NCBI GenBank assembly: GCA_945876185.1
Contig: CAMCMZ010000010.1
Coordinates: 4,614 to 68,613, forward strand
Direction of reading: 5' to 3'
DNA from: Candidatus Kuenenia stuttgartensis
GTDB lineage: Bacteria; Planctomycetota; UBA11346
Length of the DNA stretch: 64,000 nucleotides
Shown: piece by piece, positions 61,121 through 64,000 of the stretch
How the letters are laid out: the number at the start of each line of letters is the position of its first letter
How positions within the stretch are numbered: position 1 is the first letter of the stretch
Made by a program: the position numbers and the translations under genes
Notes under the pieces: generated by a model
What the model was told of the DNA's origin: nothing
Seen by the model: only the letters and a program-made list of their open reading frames with translations
The model's database searches: none

Positions 61121-61885
61121 TCAGGATTTCTTGCCCGGCTTCGCCACACGTACCGTCGTCGGCCTGTTCTTGTAGACCGAGGAATCGTCGTCTTCGCCGT
61201 CCACCGGCCAGTGTGGGCCGACATAGAGATCCATCTCGCCCGGATCGATCGGCAGACGGCCACCAGAATCGCTGCCGACCTCAGCAGCGGAACGGAGGGG
61301 GGCGGGCTGCTGCGCCACCGGCGGCATCACGTTCGATCCGGCCGCGGCCGGCGGGGCGCTGGTTTCCGGCCGGCGCACGTTCAGGCGATGCACGCTCAGG
61401 TTGACCTCGACCGCGTTCTGCTCTGGCATCAGTTCGGCGAAGCGGCGACGCAGCAGGCGCTGGCAGAACCGGTTGCGTTCGGTGACGTTGGGCACCTCCC
61501 ACAGGGTCATCACCGCGTCGATGATCACCGCCCGCTTGACCCGGTCCTCGTAGACGCGCACGTGCGCCTTTTTCACCTCGGGCTCGCCTTCGATGGCGCG
61601 GGTCAGAGCCTCTTCGATTGCGATAAGGTTCACCGCGATGCGGCCGTTTTCCGTGGTGTAGCTGATCTCGCGCGAGCGCACCAGGACGCGCACCCAGCGC
61701 ATGAAGAGTGACAGCGGCCCGAGGATGAACACTCCAGCGACGCTGCACAGCAACACCACGCCGGTGGCGCTGCGCATGAAGGCCACTGCCGGCTCGACCA
61801 GGGGCGGGGCCGAAACGAGCGCGACCAGGCCGCCCCCGACCAACATCGCCAGCAGCAGCGTCGTCACCAGGATCACCTTGGGCAT
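61121..61885 (-). CDS. Membrane-anchored Asp23/Gls24-like (DUF322-like) protein
   Basis: The ATG at 61885 gives two N-terminal TM helices. The pattern that follows is RIAVNLIAIEEALTRAIEGEPEVKKAHVRVYEDRVKRAVIIDAVMTLWEVPNVTE...VEVNLSVHRLN. I rejected the upstream ORF extension to 62236. Confidence 0.5.
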   Translation of the reverse strand: MPKVILVTTLLLAMLVGGGLVALVSAPPLVEPAVAFMRSATGVVLLCSVAGVFILGPLSLFMRWVRVLVRSREISYTTENGRIAVNLIAIEEALTRAIEGEPEVKKAHVRVYEDRVKRAVIIDAVMTLWEVPNVTERNRFCQRLLRRRFAELMPEQNAVEVNLSVHRLNVRRPETSAPPAAAGSNVMPPVAQQPAPLRSAAEVGSDSGGRLPIDPGEMDLYVGPHWPVDGEDDDSSVYKNRPTTVRVAKPGKKS

Positions 61886-62154
61886 GCGGCATGATGGTCC
61901 CAGCGCCGGGTCGGCGCAACCCGGCGATCTGCCCCCCTGGGACCGCCGGTTTGCAACCGGCCGCAGGTCCCGAGGCGAGCCGGCCATGGCCGGATGAATC
62001 GTGAATTGCTGGAGAACTGTGATCGGCCATGGTCGGATCGCCTGACCATCAGGGCCAATCCCCAACGTAGGTTTACACTCGGCCGAAGTTCCCTCCCCGT
62101 CGCCCCCCGGCATCGTCGCCTTGCGTGCGCAGGCCCCGCCCGAGCATCCCGGCC

Positions 62155-63357
62155 ATGGAAGCCAGCCGCCAGGACGACCGCTACCGCCAACGTGGAGTCT
62201 CCGCCGGGAAGGAGGAGGTCCACGCCGCCATCGCACGCCAGGATGCCGGCCTCTTTTCGGGCGCGTTCTGCAAGATCATCGCGGACGAACTGACCGGCTC
62301 ATTCGACCACTGCCTGATCGTCCACGCCGACACCGCCGGCACCAAGGCGTCGCTGGGTTACCTCGCCTGGCGCGAGGGATTTCCCAACGTCTGGCGCGGC
62401 ATCGCGCAGGACGCGTTGGTGATGAACCTGGATGATCTCGGCTGCGTCGGCGCGCTGGGGCCGTTTCTGATTTCGAACACCATCGGTCGCAACGCCAAAC
62501 TCATCCCCGGCGCGGTGCTGGGCGAGATCATCGACGGCTACCAGCGCCTGTGCGACCTGCTGACGCGCGACGGCATCCCGTGCCTGATGACCGGCGGCGA
62601 GACCGCCGACGTGGGTGACCTCGTCCGCACCCTCGACGTGGGCTGCACCATCACCGCCCGCCTGCCTCGCGCCGAGGTCATCGACGCCGCCCGCATCACG
62701 GTGGGCGACGTGCTGGTCGGGTTCAGTTCGCTCGGCCAGGCCGCGTGGGAAGACGCACCCAATTCAGGCATCGGCTCGAACGGCCTGACCAGCGCACGCC
62801 ACGAACTGCTCGGCGGTTATCGTGAGAAATACCCCGAGACCTACGCGCCCCAGATCGATCCGGCGCTGGTCTATTGCGGCAAGCATCGCCTGGAGGAACC
62901 GCTGCCGGGTGACCCGGCTTTCACCGTTGGCTCCGCCCTGCTGTCACCGACGCGCACCTACCTGCCACTCATCAAGCGCCTGTTGCAACGGATCCCGCGC
63001 GCGGACGTGCACGGACTCATCCACTGCTCCGGCGGCGGCCAGACCAAGATCCTGCGGTTCGGTGCCCCCGGCGCGGCGCGCGGCCTGCGATTCATCAAGG
63101 ATGCGCTCTTTCCAGTGCCGCCGCTGTGCGCCGCCATCCAGGCCAGCACCGGCCTGAAATGGAGCGAGATGTATTCGGTCTACAACATGGGCCACCGCCT
63201 GGAGGCGGCCCTGCCTGCCGCCCACGCCGCCACCGCCATCGCTGTCGCCCGCGACTTGGGGTTGGATGCCAAGATCATCGGCCGGGTCGAGGCCAACGAC
63301 GGGCCGGGGAACGTGGTCGAGGTGCGGGGTGGGCATGGTACGTTCGTTTACCGGTAG
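62155..63357 (+). CDS. purM: Phosphoribosylformylglycinamidine cyclo-ligase (AIR synthetase), long type
   Basis: DRYRQRGVSAGKEEVHAAI...FCKII...VHADTAGTKASLGYLAW...GIAQDALVMNLDDLGCVGA...GGETAD matches the ~390-aa PurM type found in Bacteroidota and PVC. Confidence 0.85.
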   Translation: MEASRQDDRYRQRGVSAGKEEVHAAIARQDAGLFSGAFCKIIADELTGSFDHCLIVHADTAGTKASLGYLAWREGFPNVWRGIAQDALVMNLDDLGCVGALGPFLISNTIGRNAKLIPGAVLGEIIDGYQRLCDLLTRDGIPCLMTGGETADVGDLVRTLDVGCTITARLPRAEVIDAARITVGDVLVGFSSLGQAAWEDAPNSGIGSNGLTSARHELLGGYREKYPETYAPQIDPALVYCGKHRLEEPLPGDPAFTVGSALLSPTRTYLPLIKRLLQRIPRADVHGLIHCSGGGQTKILRFGAPGAARGLRFIKDALFPVPPLCAAIQASTGLKWSEMYSVYNMGHRLEAALPAAHAATAIAVARDLGLDAKIIGRVEANDGPGNVVEVRGGHGTFVYR

Positions 63358-63363
63358 GATTAT

Positions 63364-63855
63364 ATGAAAACACTCTTGTTCCTTTGCCTATGCGCGGCCC
63401 TGTCCGCTGAAGACATTTTTCCCACCCCGTTGGCGGCATCATTCGGGGCCAGCATTGGTCAGGTGTGGATGCTCAACGATGCAGGCCGCGAGTTTTTGCG
63501 AGAGCACGGGGGAAAGAAAGTGAACGAGGTCCTTCATCTGGACCAAATGGATGTGATATTCCTTTCAAATTACAATGAATTCAGCGTTATTCCATCACCC
63601 CACCTTACCAGGGAATCTTTGCCGGAACTTAAAGCGAGCATTTTTGCAAAACGATTCCCCACCCTGGATAATACCGAGGGAAGGCTCAGGAGCGGCGTCT
63701 ATGGGGTATCATCAACCAGTGTTCTTGGGGAATTGATATTCGTCTCCAAGGATCACAAGGTTTTCAGGATCACGATCGGAAGAGGCCCCAAGATTGACCC
63801 CAGCAGTAAGAACAGGAACCATACATTTTATTTGGACTATATTGCGTTGGAATAG
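63364..63855 (+). CDS. Orphan secreted protein encoded in a low-GC islet
   Basis: Signal peptide MKTLLFLCLCAALSA. The amino-acid composition is coding-like (K/N/F/I-rich). G+C by my count is 27/60 on the line starting 63361 and 22/60 on the line starting 63541, against 40/60 on the line starting 63241 in purM. Confidence 0.55.
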   Translation: MKTLLFLCLCAALSAEDIFPTPLAASFGASIGQVWMLNDAGREFLREHGGKKVNEVLHLDQMDVIFLSNYNEFSVIPSPHLTRESLPELKASIFAKRFPTLDNTEGRLRSGVYGVSSTSVLGELIFVSKDHKVFRITIGRGPKIDPSSKNRNHTFYLDYIALE

Positions 63856-63883
63856 TTGGAATGACCACGATTCCCTTTCCCTC

Positions 63884-64000
63884 ATGTCCCAACCCCTCGT
63901 CATCATCTCCTGCGTCGGCCTGACCCCGCGCCACCTCGGCGCGGACACGCCGAACCTCAGCGCCCTCGCCGGGGCCGGATTCGCCGCGCCGCTCAGCGGC
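63884..64000 (+). CDS. Alkaline-phosphatase-superfamily (nucleotide pyrophosphatase/phosphodiesterase-like) protein, N-terminal fragment
   Basis: The ATG at 63884 gives MSQPLVIISCVGLTPRHLGADTPNLSALAGAGFAAPLSG, open to the window end. The pattern resembles AP-superfamily N-termini. Only 39 codons are visible. Confidence 0.4.
   Translation, partial: MSQPLVIISCVGLTPRHLGADTPNLSALAGAGFAAPLSG

Noticed and set aside
61886-62154. Purine or ZTP (pfl) riboswitch in the purM leader.
   Set aside because: No CCGCCUGGGC-type ZTP pseudoknot motif and no guanine-riboswitch junction sequences were recognisable. The region also has to house the divergent promoter of the Asp23-like gene.

Overview
High-GC bacterial chromosomal segment (sampled 60-nt lines are about 65-67% G+C) that includes dnaA. 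I can support about 48 protein-coding genes. I recognised no rRNA, tRNA, CRISPR array, transposase or integrase.

Gene order:
- PfkB-kinase fragment, dnaA, a hybrid sensor kinase
- an ECF sigma factor paired with a Ser/Thr kinase
- a CoaE-Rho fusion and polA (minus strand)
- a second Ser/Thr kinase, pirin, a DAG/lipid kinase
- a five-gene MglA/MglB/Roadblock/PATAN cluster
- a metallophosphoesterase and maf (minus strand)
- hemL, an rlmN-like gene and fucU, then an SDR
- a large secreted protein and a phosphohexomutase
- a FecR-like protein, an outer-membrane protein and a 1417-aa kinase-FGE protein, forming a minus-strand operon
- a MATE exporter, a PfkB-like kinase, terC
- a VIT-vWA giant protein
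- arsR-aqpS-arsC-arsM plus a metallophosphoesterase and a hemerythrin
- a GH95 fucosidase
- tesA-like, ybbA-like and ybbP-like genes
- long-type purM, a low-GC orphan ORF, and the start of an alkaline-phosphatase-family gene

The gene content suggests a PVC/Verrucomicrobiota-like organism: GH95 plus FucU, FGE-fused kinases, an ECF-kinase pair and long-type PurM. This is inference at low confidence.

Most notable observations:
1. The MglA module, with a membrane-anchored MglA and three Roadblock-domain proteins.
2. The CoaE-Rho fusion, with a Q/G/N-rich linker.
3. Four families of structured non-coding repeats: a composite hairpin element disrupting a gene's 3' end; a 103-bp terminal-inverted-repeat (TIR) element placed 3-4 nt after stop codons; a palindromic array of 8-mers; and a 13-bp tandem array.

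Many long ORFs in the six-frame track are antisense shadows typical of high-GC DNA, and I rejected them.
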